Of a DNA stretch of 59,440 nt, positions 17,955 to 27,480 are shown one piece after another. Within the stretch, counting starts at the first letter, position 1. The number at the start of each line of letters is the position of its first letter. A model generated the notes under the pieces. The model saw only the letters and a list, made by a program, of their open reading frames with translations. It made no database searches and was not told where the DNA came from. Position numbers and translations under genes: made by a program. The DNA is taken from the NCBI GenBank assembly GCA_045632065.1, contig JAZQWA010000087.1:1-59440 (forward strand), read 5' to 3'. Source of the stretch: Eubacteriales bacterium (lineage in GTDB: Bacteria; Bacillota; Clostridia; Oscillospirales; CAG-272).

Positions 17955-18167
17955 AAAAATAAAAAGTGCGCCTACCGAAGCAGACGCACAAAAACGCAAA
18001 CTTCAATAGTCGCCAAACTAATCATTGTAAATTGGTTTCCCATACATCACAAAGTGAAATTTGCATTTTATCAAATTTAAATTTTGTAATGTACAGAAGT
18101 ACAAAAAGAGCATATTTTCCCCGGTGAGAAAATAAACCTATTTACAATATTTGATTAGTTTGGCATA
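17955..18167 (-). ncRNA. Putative structured leader RNA / attenuator (or sRNA) ending in an intrinsic terminator upstream of the AbrB gene
   Basis: 13-bp perfect long-range helix 18164-18152 with 18024-18012; 15-bp helix 18069-18055 with 18005-17991; terminator GTGCGTCTGC-TTCG-GTAGGCGCAC-TTTTTATTTTT (17989-17955). No known family recognised. Confidence 0.6.
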
Positions 18168-18170
18168 TTT

Positions 18171-18199
18171 ATTATAACATCTTTTTTTTAATTTGTAAA
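18171..18199 (-). promoter_or_regulatory. sigmaA promoter of the structured leader/AbrB unit
   Basis: Minus strand TTTACA (18199-18194), 17 bp spacer, TATAAT (18176-18171) with extended TG. Confidence 0.7.
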
Positions 18200-18220
18200 G
18201 ATGTTTTGCTTATTATGTGT

Positions 18221-18262
18221 AAAAAAAAATAAGCTCTCCTCGAAATCGAAGAGAGCTTATTT
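18221..18262 (-). terminator. Intrinsic terminator of the aromatic amino acid operon
   Basis: AAATAAGCTCTC...GAGAGCTTATTT stem with a T tract on the minus strand. Confidence 0.85.
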
Positions 18263-18297
18263 CTGTTTGTGTTATTTATAATATTACAAAAGTGATT

Positions 18298-19329
18298 TTA
18301 TAATTGTTCTGCAATATCGTAAATAAGCCTTTCGGTCTTTTCCCAGCCGAGGCAGGGGTCGGTTACGGATTTTCCATAAACCAGGTTGTCGCAGATTTTC
18401 TGCGCTCCGTCTTCAATATAGCTTTCAATCATCAGACCCTTAACAATGCTGCGAACATCCTTGGAATATTTACAGCTATGCACGACTTCCTTGGCAATTC
18501 TGGGTTGTTCAAGATGCTTTTTGCCCGAATTTGAGTGGTTGGTGTCCACGATTACCGCAGGATTTGCAAGACCGGACGCGGAATACTTCTCATAAAGGTC
18601 ATAAAGATCCTCGAAATGATAATTAGGATGAGATTTTCCGTGCTTATCCACGTAACCGCGCAGAATTGCATGCGCAAGGGGATTACCCTCGGTTTTTACC
18701 TCCCAGCCTCTGTAAAGAAAGACGTGAGAGCCCTGCGCCGCCTTGATAGAGTTCATCATAACGTCAATATCTCCGCCTGTGGGGTTCTTCATTCCAACGG
18801 GAATGTCGAGTCCGCTTGCGGTCAGTCTGTGCTGCTGGTCTTCAACCGAGCGCGCGCCAACTGCAACATATGCTAGAAGGTCGGAAAGATATCTGTGATT
18901 TTCGGGATAGAGCATTTCGTCTGCGCAAGCAAAGCCTGTTTCGCTTAGCGCGCGCATGTGCATCTTTCTTATTGCAACAATGCCTTTAAGCATGTCCGGC
19001 TTTTGATTGGGGTCGGGCTGATGAAGCATACCCTTGTAGCCCTCGCCGGTTGTTCTCGGCTTGTTGGTATAAATTCTGGGAACGATAATAATCTTGTCGG
19101 AAACCTTTTCTTGAACAGAACGAAGCCTTGAAATATAGTCGATAACAGAATCCTCTCTATCCGCAGAGCAGGGACCTATAACGAGTATAAACTTGTCGCT
19201 CTCACCTGTGAAAACCTTGCTTATAGCATCTCTTTGTGAGCTTATGATGCCTTTTTGTTTATCTGTAATTGGAAACTGCTCTTTAATTTCCTGTGGTACA
19301 GGCAGTTTCCTGTAAAATTGCATATTCAT
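18298..19329 (-). CDS. aroF: 3-deoxy-7-phosphoheptulonate (DAHP) synthase, class I
   Basis: VIGPCS, KPRTTGEGYKG, AVGARS, VGMKNPT, HAILRG, DTNHSNS, GLMIES, YGKSVTDPCLGW. Confidence 0.93.
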   Translation of the reverse strand: MNMQFYRKLPVPQEIKEQFPITDKQKGIISSQRDAISKVFTGESDKFILVIGPCSADREDSVIDYISRLRSVQEKVSDKIIIVPRIYTNKPRTTGEGYKGMLHQPDPNQKPDMLKGIVAIRKMHMRALSETGFACADEMLYPENHRYLSDLLAYVAVGARSVEDQQHRLTASGLDIPVGMKNPTGGDIDVMMNSIKAAQGSHVFLYRGWEVKTEGNPLAHAILRGYVDKHGKSHPNYHFEDLYDLYEKYSASGLANPAVIVDTNHSNSGKKHLEQPRIAKEVVHSCKYSKDVRSIVKGLMIESYIEDGAQKICDNLVYGKSVTDPCLGWEKTERLIYDIAEQL

Positions 19330-19346
19330 AAAAATTTCTCCCTAAC

Positions 19347-20210
19347 TTACTTTTGTGGCTTGTCAAAAAGCGACCTTCTTGATGAGGATGAGCGCATCTT
19401 TTCTCTCATGCGCTTGCCATCGCCTGCCGCAAGATAGTCTCTGAATTCCGTAAATTCCTCTAAGAATCTATCCATTTCTGAAAGCAGAGCATCCTTGTTC
19501 ATAAGGAAAAGCTCTGACCACATTCTATCGTTTATTTTTGCAATTCTCGTTAAATCCCTGAACGAGTCGCCTGTATATTTTTCAAGTACGTCAGAATCAT
19601 TGCAGTTCATCAGTACAACGGCGATACAGTGCGTCAGCTGGGAAAGGAATGCTATCATCTCGTCATGCTCCTCGGGGCTTAACTCCGAGATACGAGCGAA
19701 GCCAAGCTCCTCTCCAAGCTTTTTACAAAGCTTAATTGCCTCAAGTGAATTCTTATCGGTAGGTGTTACTATGTAGTTAGCTCCCTCGAAAACAGAAGGG
19801 TCTGCAAATTCAACTCCCGAGCGCTCTCGGCCTGCCATAGGATGCGCCGCAATAAACTCCACGTCGTCTCGGAGCATTTCCTGCACCTTATATACAACAC
19901 TGCCTTTTACGCCGGTAACGTCTGTGATAATGCAACCTTTTGTAAATAAATGTTGATATTTTGCTACCCAATCAATAAAAGCATTGGGGTAGAGCGCGAA
20001 AATTATCAAATCAGATTTTGCAACCAAATCAGGTTCAACCTCGGTCGAACCATAGCAAATCATACCTTTTTTAAGACCGAATTTTATGTCTTGTGCCTCT
20101 TTGGTTATACAGCTTACCTTATAACCCTTACAGCTCAGCGCCATAGCGTAGCTTCCGCCTATGACTCCAAGTCCTATAATCAAAATGTTTGTGTCCTTAT
20201 CTAATTTCAT
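19347..20210 (-). CDS. tyrA: Prephenate dehydrogenase
   Basis: IIGLGVIGGS, DVTGVKG, HPMAGRE, EEHD, SQLTH, SFRDLTRIA. Confidence 0.93.
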   Translation of the reverse strand: MKLDKDTNILIIGLGVIGGSYAMALSCKGYKVSCITKEAQDIKFGLKKGMICYGSTEVEPDLVAKSDLIIFALYPNAFIDWVAKYQHLFTKGCIITDVTGVKGSVVYKVQEMLRDDVEFIAAHPMAGRERSGVEFADPSVFEGANYIVTPTDKNSLEAIKLCKKLGEELGFARISELSPEEHDEMIAFLSQLTHCIAVVLMNCNDSDVLEKYTGDSFRDLTRIAKINDRMWSELFLMNKDALLSEMDRFLEEFTEFRDYLAAGDGKRMREKMRSSSSRRSLFDKPQK

Positions 20211-21402
20211 ATGCCTTTATTCCTATTTTTTCCAAATCTCCGAAGAAATCAGGGTAGCTCTTGCTTATTGCCTCTGCCCCCTCAATTACTCCGCCGAAAA
20301 TACTGCATAAAACGGCGAGCGACATGACAACCCTGTGGTCGTTATGTCCGCAAAGCACCTCGGTGGGAGTATGCAAAGCTGCCTTTTTGACAATTACTCT
20401 GTTTTCTTCCACACTTATATCCGCTCCGAATTTAGAAAGCTCAGCTCTCATAACCTCGGCTCTGTCGCTTTCCTTGATTTTCAGCCTTCTTGTGCCGATA
20501 AATTCAGTTCCGTGCTTAAGTGTTGCGAGAGTAAACAGAATCGGGGCAAGGTCAGGGCAATTTTCAATGTTAAGTTGTGAAAATCCATCGCTTAACTTTT
20601 CGAAATATTCAGGGTAAACCCTGTCTGCCTGCTCGCTTGAGCTGTTCAATCCCTCGACACTCACCTCACCGCCAATGAAGTTAAAGGCATTCACAAATGC
20701 AGCGCCCGAGAAGTCACCCTCAACAGAAACGGTGGCAGGGTGATACTCTTGTCCGCCTTTTATTATAAGCTTGTCGCCCTCCCAGGCGATTTTAACTCCA
20801 AATTCCGAAAGCGAAGATATTGTCAGGTCGATATAAGGTCTGCTTTCAATGGCAGTTGTAAATTTAATTTTTGAATCCTCTTTAAGTAGCGAGAGCGCAA
20901 ATATAAGTCCTGTGACGAATTGACTGCTCACGTCCCCTCTCACAGAGTATTCTCCTGCATGGAGTGCGCCCCCTACAACAATTCCACTGTCACGTCTGAA
21001 AACAAGTCCTTGACCAAGAGCAATTTCCTCGTAAACGCCAAACGGACGGCTCATAAGCTTGTCGCTACCGACAAACCTTACCTGATTTTCAGAAAGCATA
21101 GCAAGGGGAATAAGGAATCTTATCGTGCTTCCGCTTTCTCTGCAATTTAAATCACCCTCTGCCTTGGCAACGGTAAAATCAATTCCTTGTACTTTTGCAT
21201 TTGCGCCGTCTATCTCAATTTTCGCGCCAAACGTGCGAAGGCAATCGATTGTTGCCATAACGTCGTCACACAGTGAAATGCCCTCGATTACACTCTCGCC
21301 TTGACACATAGCCGCAGCAATCAGAAGTCTGTGGGAATGGCTTTTTGACGCAGGCGCAGTAATTGTACCGCTTGCGACACCCTTTTCAATTTTTATTTTC
21401 AT
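20197..21402 (-). CDS. aroA: 3-phosphoshikimate 1-carboxyvinyltransferase (EPSP synthase)
   Basis: PASKSHSHR, ESGSTIRF, SSQFVTGL, PDL, RLKIKESDR, HNDHRVVM, KSYPDF. Confidence 0.95.
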   Translation of the reverse strand: MKIKIEKGVASGTITAPASKSHSHRLLIAAAMCQGESVIEGISLCDDVMATIDCLRTFGAKIEIDGANAKVQGIDFTVAKAEGDLNCRESGSTIRFLIPLAMLSENQVRFVGSDKLMSRPFGVYEEIALGQGLVFRRDSGIVVGGALHAGEYSVRGDVSSQFVTGLIFALSLLKEDSKIKFTTAIESRPYIDLTISSLSEFGVKIAWEGDKLIIKGGQEYHPATVSVEGDFSGAAFVNAFNFIGGEVSVEGLNSSSEQADRVYPEYFEKLSDGFSQLNIENCPDLAPILFTLATLKHGTEFIGTRRLKIKESDRAEVMRAELSKFGADISVEENRVIVKKAALHTPTEVLCGHNDHRVVMSLAVLCSIFGGVIEGAEAISKSYPDFFGDLEKIGIKAYEIR

Positions 21403-21833
21403 TTTGAATACTCCAAAAGGAAATCAACCGCCTCGGTATATCCGTCAAAACCCTTGCCGCTTATAGTTTTCACACAAGCCGCTCTTATGTAGCTTACCTG
21501 CCTGAAATCCTCTCTTTTTGAAAGGTCGGAAATATGCACCTCAACAGTAGGGATATTCACCGCCTTTACAGCGTCCAGAATGGCAATGCTTGTATGTGTG
21601 TAAGCGCCGGGATTGATAACAATTCCCCCAGCGCCCTTAAAATATGCCTCTTGGATTTTATCAACCAAATCTCCCTCGTGATTGGATTGATAAAACTCGG
21701 CGACCACGCCATTTTTCCTGCAATGCTCGGTGATAAAATTCACTAAATCACCATATCCGCTGCCACCGTAAATTTCGGGCTCGCGGATGCCGAGCATATT
21801 AAGATTAGGGCCGTTTATTACATATATTTTCAT
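21399..21833 (-). CDS. aroQ: Type II 3-dehydroquinate dehydratase
   Basis: INGPNLNMLGIREPEIYG, QSNHEG, INPGAYTHTS, EVHIS. Confidence 0.96.
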   Translation of the reverse strand: MKIYVINGPNLNMLGIREPEIYGGSGYGDLVNFITEHCRKNGVVAEFYQSNHEGDLVDKIQEAYFKGAGGIVINPGAYTHTSIAILDAVKAVNIPTVEVHISDLSKREDFRQVSYIRAACVKTISGKGFDGYTEAVDFLLEYSK

Positions 21834-23053
21834 AGGTAATTCTCCAATATGTCGTTAGCTACGTCTTTTGCCGAGCCTCCGACGTTTACGTGTATATCAC
21901 AGTTGGCTTTATATATCGGATATCTCACGTTGTAAAGTTTTTCAATCGATGCTCTGTCACGTGACAGCGGTCTGTTCTCTGTGGCAACCAAATCATCAAG
22001 CGGTCTGTCGATAAACACTATTTTGCCGTTATATTTGAGGGCATAAATGTTGTTTTCGTTCAAAACCACTCCGCCACCTGTGGCAATGACGTGGCCTGTC
22101 AGACCTGCGATTTCCTTGACTACCTCATGCTCAACCCTGCGGAATTCATCCTCTCCATGTAGCGAGAAGAAATCACTGATTGGCATTTTGATTTTTGCTT
22201 CTATCAGCTCATCCGTATCGATAAAGCCACATCCTGTCATCTGCGAAAGAAGACGTCCTACCGTGCTTTTGCCTGACGATGGCATACCGATAAGCACTAT
22301 GTTTTCCTTTTCTGCCCGAAGACCCTCGTAAACAATGTCTATTGTATATGATGGGTAGGTTGTTCCAAGGAACAGTCCCGAGGCGATTACCGCCTGAGAG
22401 ACGAGCATGTAAAGCCCTGCCTCTGCCTTGATGCCTCTGATTTTTGCATCTCTGACGAGCGTTGTTTCAAGGGGATTATAAACTGCGTCTATCACACCAC
22501 AAAGATTATCAAAACCGCTAATGTCAACAGGCCTATCAAAAATGTCGGGAAACATTCCTTTGGGCGTGGTATTGACAATTATTTCGGTATCTCTGTGCTG
22601 CTTGTAAAATTCGTCATAACCAAGCTCACCGCTTCTGCTGACTGTGATGATTTCGTCTGCTCCCAGCGACTTGAAAAGCGCTCTTGCGGTTTTTGACGTT
22701 CCGCCACTGCCTAATATAGCAACCTTCTTTCCAGCAGGGTCTATTTCCGCATGTGAAAGAAGCTCCCTCATGCCGTAAAAATCGGTGTTATATCCGTAGA
22801 GCTTGCCCTCGCGGTTAACTATCGTGTTTACCGCTCCGATTTCCAAGGCAGGACCATCTATAACGTCAAGATAGGGAATTACATCGCTTTTATAGGGCAT
22901 AGTCACGTTTATGCCGAGAAAATCCCTTGCACAAATGAACTTTTCAAGCTCGTCCCTGGGAATGCTTTTAAGCTCGTAGTCATATCCGAGCCTTTCGTGT
23001 ATTTCCTTTGAGAAGCTGTGGCCGAGCCTCTCACCAATAAGTCCGTATTTCAT
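21830..23053 (-). CDS. aroE: Bifunctional shikimate dehydrogenase / shikimate kinase (AroE-AroK fusion)
   Basis: N-terminal GHSFS, NVTMPYK, GAVNT, GYNTD, LGSGGT; C-terminal LIGMPSSGKSTVG, DTD, ATGGG, RPL. Start set at MKYGLIG, just after the aroC stop. Confidence 0.92.
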   Translation of the reverse strand: MKYGLIGERLGHSFSKEIHERLGYDYELKSIPRDELEKFICARDFLGINVTMPYKSDVIPYLDVIDGPALEIGAVNTIVNREGKLYGYNTDFYGMRELLSHAEIDPAGKKVAILGSGGTSKTARALFKSLGADEIITVSRSGELGYDEFYKQHRDTEIIVNTTPKGMFPDIFDRPVDISGFDNLCGVIDAVYNPLETTLVRDAKIRGIKAEAGLYMLVSQAVIASGLFLGTTYPSYTIDIVYEGLRAEKENIVLIGMPSSGKSTVGRLLSQMTGCGFIDTDELIEAKIKMPISDFFSLHGEDEFRRVEHEVVKEIAGLTGHVIATGGGVVLNENNIYALKYNGKIVFIDRPLDDLVATENRPLSRDRASIEKLYNVRYPIYKANCDIHVNVGGSAKDVANDILENYL

Positions 23054-23054
23054 A

Positions 23055-24152
23055 TCATTTTTTCTCGGCAAGGTAGTCAGTGCCGAATCTCTCTGTAAGC
23101 AAATCGGCAATAACTAATGCGCAAACTGCGTCAACAACCGCCCTTGCTCTGTGAATTATGGCAGGGTCGTGTCTGCCTTCGATTTTCAGCGTTGTATTCT
23201 CTTTTTTAGAGAGAGAAACGCTGGACTGTTCTTTATAAATAGAGGGCGTAGGCTTAATTGCGGTACGGAAAATTATAGGCATACCGTTAGTAATACCGCC
23301 ATTAATGCCACCGTTGTTATTAGTTTCAGTAATAACTCTGTCGCCGTCCATTCTGAAACAGTCGTTTGCCTCGCTGCCGTAGGTGTCAGCAAAGGCAAAG
23401 CCTAAGCCGAACTCCACTCCCTTAACACCTGGAACAGAGAACAGAGCGTGGGAGAGCATACCCTCAACGCTGTCGAACCATGGCTCGCCAACACCTGCAG
23501 GAGCGCCGATAACGGCAGTTTCGAGAATACCGCCAACGCTGTCGCCCTTAGCCGCCGCCTTCTCAATTTCCTCGGTCATACGAGCCTCTGCCTTGTCTGA
23601 CAAAACAGGGAAGTGGCGGCTCGAAAGCAGCTTAATGTCACCTTCGTAGTCCTCAAAGGAGCGGTCAAATGCTCCGTGAAGCTCTGTTATATGCGAGCCG
23701 ATTTTAATTCCCTTGCCCTCAAGCGCCATTTGAACAATAGCGCCTGCCGCAACCAATGCCGCAGTAATTCTGCCTGAAAAATGACCGCCGCCCCTTACGT
23801 CCTGGAAGCCGTGATACTTTTCATTCGCTGCAAAATCCGCATGAGAAGGTCTGGGAATGTCACGAATAGCCTCATAGTCCTTGCTGCTCTTGTTTTCGTT
23901 GGGAATAAGAATACAAAGGGGCGCGCCTGTGGTGTATCCGTTATACGCTCCGCTGATAATGGAAAACTCGTCCGCTTCACGTCTTGCGGTGGAAATTACA
24001 CCGCTTGGACGGCGCAGGGAAAGCTTTTCTTTAATATATTCCTCGTCAATTTTTATCCCGGGGGCAATTCCGTCAAGAACTGCTCCAATATAATCGCCGT
24101 GGCTTTCGCCAAAGAGGGTAATTTTCAAGCTGTTTCCAAAGCTGTTTTTCAT
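23055..24152 (-). CDS. aroC: Chorismate synthase
   Basis: FGESHG, PRPSHAD, GGGHFSGR, GDSVGG, NNNGGINGGITNG, KPTPSI, GRHDP. Confidence 0.96.
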   Translation of the reverse strand: MKNSFGNSLKITLFGESHGDYIGAVLDGIAPGIKIDEEYIKEKLSLRRPSGVISTARREADEFSIISGAYNGYTTGAPLCILIPNENKSSKDYEAIRDIPRPSHADFAANEKYHGFQDVRGGGHFSGRITAALVAAGAIVQMALEGKGIKIGSHITELHGAFDRSFEDYEGDIKLLSSRHFPVLSDKAEARMTEEIEKAAAKGDSVGGILETAVIGAPAGVGEPWFDSVEGMLSHALFSVPGVKGVEFGLGFAFADTYGSEANDCFRMDGDRVITETNNNGGINGGITNGMPIIFRTAIKPTPSIYKEQSSVSLSKKENTTLKIEGRHDPAIIHRARAVVDAVCALVIADLLTERFGTDYLAEKK

Positions 24153-25156
24153 TTTTTATACCCCTCCTCTATAATTTTCTCTAATTCGTCAAATGTAATT
24201 TTCTTAATTTCAAAGCTGCCGATTTTATCGACGAAAACGCAGAAGATTCCATCGCCCTCTGCCTTTTTGTCCATCTTCATATGCTCCGAAAGTGAGTTAA
24301 CGCCTTTATACTCGGTGGGAAGCCCCACCTTTTTTAAAAGATTTTCTATTCTATCTCTCGCTTCAGACGTCGAAAAGGGAAGCATACCAATTCCAACGCA
24401 CTCACCGTGATAATAATCGCTGTTAACCTCTATTGCGTGACCGAGAGTGTGACCAAAATTCAGCACTCTGCGAAGTCCAGCCTCGCGCTCATCTGCCTCT
24501 ACAACCGATTTCTTTATTTTCAATGCGCCGACAATGATTTTTTCAATATCCTCGCTCCCAAAATCGCTGTTTTCAATAAATTGGAACAGCTCTTTGTCGC
24601 AGGTGGCAGCCATTTTTACGACCTCACAAAGTCCATTTTTAAATTGCCTATCGGGCAGAGTTTTCAGAGTGTCAACGTCAATAAGCACGCCTTTCGGTTG
24701 ATAAAATGCGCCAACAATATTCTTCACACCGCCAAGATTCAACGCAGTCTTGCCGCCAATAGACGAGTCAACCTGAGAAAGCAGGGTAGTGGGAATGTTA
24801 TAAAAATCAATTCCTCGCATATACGATGCGCTGACAAACCCTGCAAGGTCGCCAACGACTCCACCTCCAACTGCAACAACGCAGTCAGCCCTCGTCATGC
24901 CGAATTCCAGCATCTCGGAAAGCGCCTTTTCATAAATCGCAATGCTTTTTGAGCCCTCACCCTGACCTACGGTGAAAATCATGGTCTCCTTGCAAAGCTT
25001 CTTTACCGTATCAGAGTATTCCGAGGGCACACCCTCGTCTGTGATAATGAATACTCGTCTGTCAAGGTTGAAATATTTGTCTGCAAGCCCGAGAATGCCT
25101 CTGCCTATGCTTATATCGTATCCTATTTCATCTAAATTAAGATGTAATGTAGCCAT
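24149..25156 (-). CDS. aroB: 3-dehydroquinate synthase
   Basis: GEGSKS, VGGGVVGDLAGF, PTTLLSQVDSSIGGKT, LNFGHTLGHAIE, HGECV. Confidence 0.96.
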   Translation of the reverse strand: MATLHLNLDEIGYDISIGRGILGLADKYFNLDRRVFIITDEGVPSEYSDTVKKLCKETMIFTVGQGEGSKSIAIYEKALSEMLEFGMTRADCVVAVGGGVVGDLAGFVSASYMRGIDFYNIPTTLLSQVDSSIGGKTALNLGGVKNIVGAFYQPKGVLIDVDTLKTLPDRQFKNGLCEVVKMAATCDKELFQFIENSDFGSEDIEKIIVGALKIKKSVVEADEREAGLRRVLNFGHTLGHAIEVNSDYYHGECVGIGMLPFSTSEARDRIENLLKKVGLPTEYKGVNSLSEHMKMDKKAEGDGIFCVFVDKIGSFEIKKITFDELEKIIEEGYKK

Positions 25157-25166
25157 AAAAAACCTT

Positions 25167-26255
25167 TTAAACCTTTATGTAAGTTCCCGCAAATTTGATT
25201 TTGTCGCAACAGCATTCAAGCGCCTTTATAAGCAATTCGCCTCTTTCGCCCTGAGCGTTTCCTTCCAGCTCAACGTAGAAATAATATTGCCAGAGCAGCT
25301 CCTTCATTGGACGGCTTCTCAGGGTAATCATGTTAAAGCCCTGATTTCCGATAACCTCAATAGCTCTTGCAAGTGCACCTGCCTCGTTAGGAACGGTGAA
25401 GAGCAGGACGGAGTGAACTCCGCTGCTGTTGGCCTGACGTGCAGAAACTCGGGAAAATACCGCAAATCTCGTCGAGTTGTTTCGACTTGCATTGATATCG
25501 TGATCCAAAACCGCAAGTCCGAAAATATTTGCGGCCTCACGACTTGCAATAGCGGCGGTATTACGTGAGCCCGACTCCTTTACCCATTTCGCAGCAAGAG
25601 CGGTATTCACAAATTCACGCCTCGAAAAATTATGTCTGTCAATATATTCGGAGCACTGACCGAATGCCTGAGGATGACTTACAACCTCGGTAATTTCATT
25701 GATTTTCACTCCCTCGTTTGCAAGTAAATCCTGGGTAACCGGCAAATCGAACATTGCATTTATAAATAGAGAGCCCGAGAACATCAAATCGGTGACCTGA
25801 CCGACCTCACCGTTGTAGCTGTTTTCAACGGGAAGCACTGCTACGTCGCATTCACCACACTCAACGGCACGGTATGCGCTTGAAAAATCAGCATAAGCAA
25901 TCTTCGTTGCCGTGGGATATAGCTTGCAAGATGCGATGTGGGCAAAAGCACCCTCTGTTCCCGAATATGCAACTCGCATACCCGAGGTAATTCTGCTTTG
26001 ATAGGCACGAGAAACGGCCATGTTGTTACGCAAAAAGCTTACGTAATATTCACGCAGACCCTCGTCCTCAACCATAGTGGAGTTTAGTCTTATAACCTCA
26101 GCCTCTCTTTTCTCGTCGAGTATTGGTAATCCACGCTCCGCCTTGTATTCTGCAATAGCTCCGACCGCCTGCATGCGTTTTACGAAAAGCTCGGCCATCT
26201 CAGCATCAATTTTATTTATTTCTTTTCTTGCTCTGTCAAGAGAATTGTTGTCCAT
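25167..26255 (-). CDS. pheA: Chorismate mutase / prephenate dehydratase (P-protein) with ACT domain
   Basis: N-terminal chorismate mutase (LDRARKEINKID), PVENS, SHPQAFGQC, NSTRF, ACT domain (LRSRP..WQYYFYVE). Confidence 0.93.
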   Translation of the reverse strand: MDNNSLDRARKEINKIDAEMAELFVKRMQAVGAIAEYKAERGLPILDEKREAEVIRLNSTMVEDEGLREYYVSFLRNNMAVSRAYQSRITSGMRVAYSGTEGAFAHIASCKLYPTATKIAYADFSSAYRAVECGECDVAVLPVENSYNGEVGQVTDLMFSGSLFINAMFDLPVTQDLLANEGVKINEITEVVSHPQAFGQCSEYIDRHNFSRREFVNTALAAKWVKESGSRNTAAIASREAANIFGLAVLDHDINASRNNSTRFAVFSRVSARQANSSGVHSVLLFTVPNEAGALARAIEVIGNQGFNMITLRSRPMKELLWQYYFYVELEGNAQGERGELLIKALECCCDKIKFAGTYIKV

Positions 26256-26259
26256 TGTC

Positions 26260-27444
26260 TTATTCCTTGTATGATTTTGCCAGCGCCTCGAATGCCCCGA
26301 ATGCCGCAGTAATCTGCTCGGTCTTTACGCAATAAGAAAGTCTTGCGTAGCCGGGACAGCCGAAATCGTCGCTGGGAACTATTAAAATTTCATGCTTTTT
26401 AGCTCTCTCGGAGAACTCGCTTGCATCACCCGAGGGAGATTTTATAAATAGATAGAATGCGCCCTCGGGACGAATAACCTCGAAGCCAAGGCTGGTGAGC
26501 TTGTCGAGAAGCAGCCTTCTGTTTCTGTCGTAAATTGTAATATCGGAAGTTTTTCCAAGGCAGTAGGGAAGCAGCTTCTGAAGCATACTTGGAGCGCAAA
26601 CGAAACCAAGAGCTCGTCCCGCTCCGCAAACAGCCTGATAAACCTCGGTAAAGCTCTCGCACCTCGGTGAAACAAGAACGTAACCGATTCTTTCACCGGG
26701 AATGGAAAGCGATTTACTAAAGGAATAGCAAACTATGGTGTTATCATAGTATTTCGTCAGATAAGGAACCTTAACTCCGTCGTAAACGAGCTCACGATAG
26801 GGCTCGTCGGAAATGAGGTATATGGGGTGGGAATACTTGTCCTCGGCATCCGAAAGAACCTTCGCAAGCGCCTTGATATTATCCTCACCGAACACCGCAC
26901 CTGTGGGGTTGTTAGGTGAGTTTATGATAATAGCCGACGTCTTTTCGTTGATAGCAGCCTCAATTGCCACAGTGTCAAGCTTGAAATCGGGAGCGCAGGG
27001 CACTTCCTTAATAACTCCGCCGCATCTTTCGATAAACACCTTGTATTCAGGGAAATAAGGAGTTGGAACGATAACCTCTTCCCCTGGATTTACAAGAGCC
27101 GTCAGCGAGCAGGTAAGAGCCGCCGCAGCTCCAACGCTCATATAAAGGCAATCAGCGTTGATGCTCTCGTCTTGCGTGCGATTGATGTAATCGGCAATTG
27201 CCTGTCTTACTGCCAAATCACCCTGAGCCGAGGTGTATCCGTGCAAAAGCACCGAGTTTTCCTCTCTGAGCATTTTTACGATACTGTCGTTCACCTCATC
27301 GGGCGCAGGCACGCTGGGGTTGCCGAGAGAAAAGTCGTATACGTTCTCCTGGCCGATTTCCGCCTTGCGCTTCTTTCCGTACTCAAAAAGCTCTCGAATA
27401 ACCGATCTTTTTGCGCCAAGGCCTCTCATTTTCTCGTTAATCAT
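26260..27444 (-). CDS. PLP-dependent class I/II aminotransferase (probable aromatic/aspartate aminotransferase)
   Basis: SLGNP, IINSPNNPTG, DEPY, SFSKSLSIPGERIGY, GAFY; first gene of the aro operon; ATG 27444 follows GGAGAG. Confidence 0.9.
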   Translation of the reverse strand: MINEKMRGLGAKRSVIRELFEYGKKRKAEIGQENVYDFSLGNPSVPAPDEVNDSIVKMLREENSVLLHGYTSAQGDLAVRQAIADYINRTQDESINADCLYMSVGAAAALTCSLTALVNPGEEVIVPTPYFPEYKVFIERCGGVIKEVPCAPDFKLDTVAIEAAINEKTSAIIINSPNNPTGAVFGEDNIKALAKVLSDAEDKYSHPIYLISDEPYRELVYDGVKVPYLTKYYDNTIVCYSFSKSLSIPGERIGYVLVSPRCESFTEVYQAVCGAGRALGFVCAPSMLQKLLPYCLGKTSDITIYDRNRRLLLDKLTSLGFEVIRPEGAFYLFIKSPSGDASEFSERAKKHEILIVPSDDFGCPGYARLSYCVKTEQITAAFGAFEALAKSYKE

Positions 27445-27480
27445 AAAAACACTCTCCAAAATAAAATATTTATATAAAAT

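Noticed and set aside
17955..18167. T-box controlling the aromatic operon
   Set aside because: It lies downstream of that operon's terminator and lacks the T-box consensus sequence.
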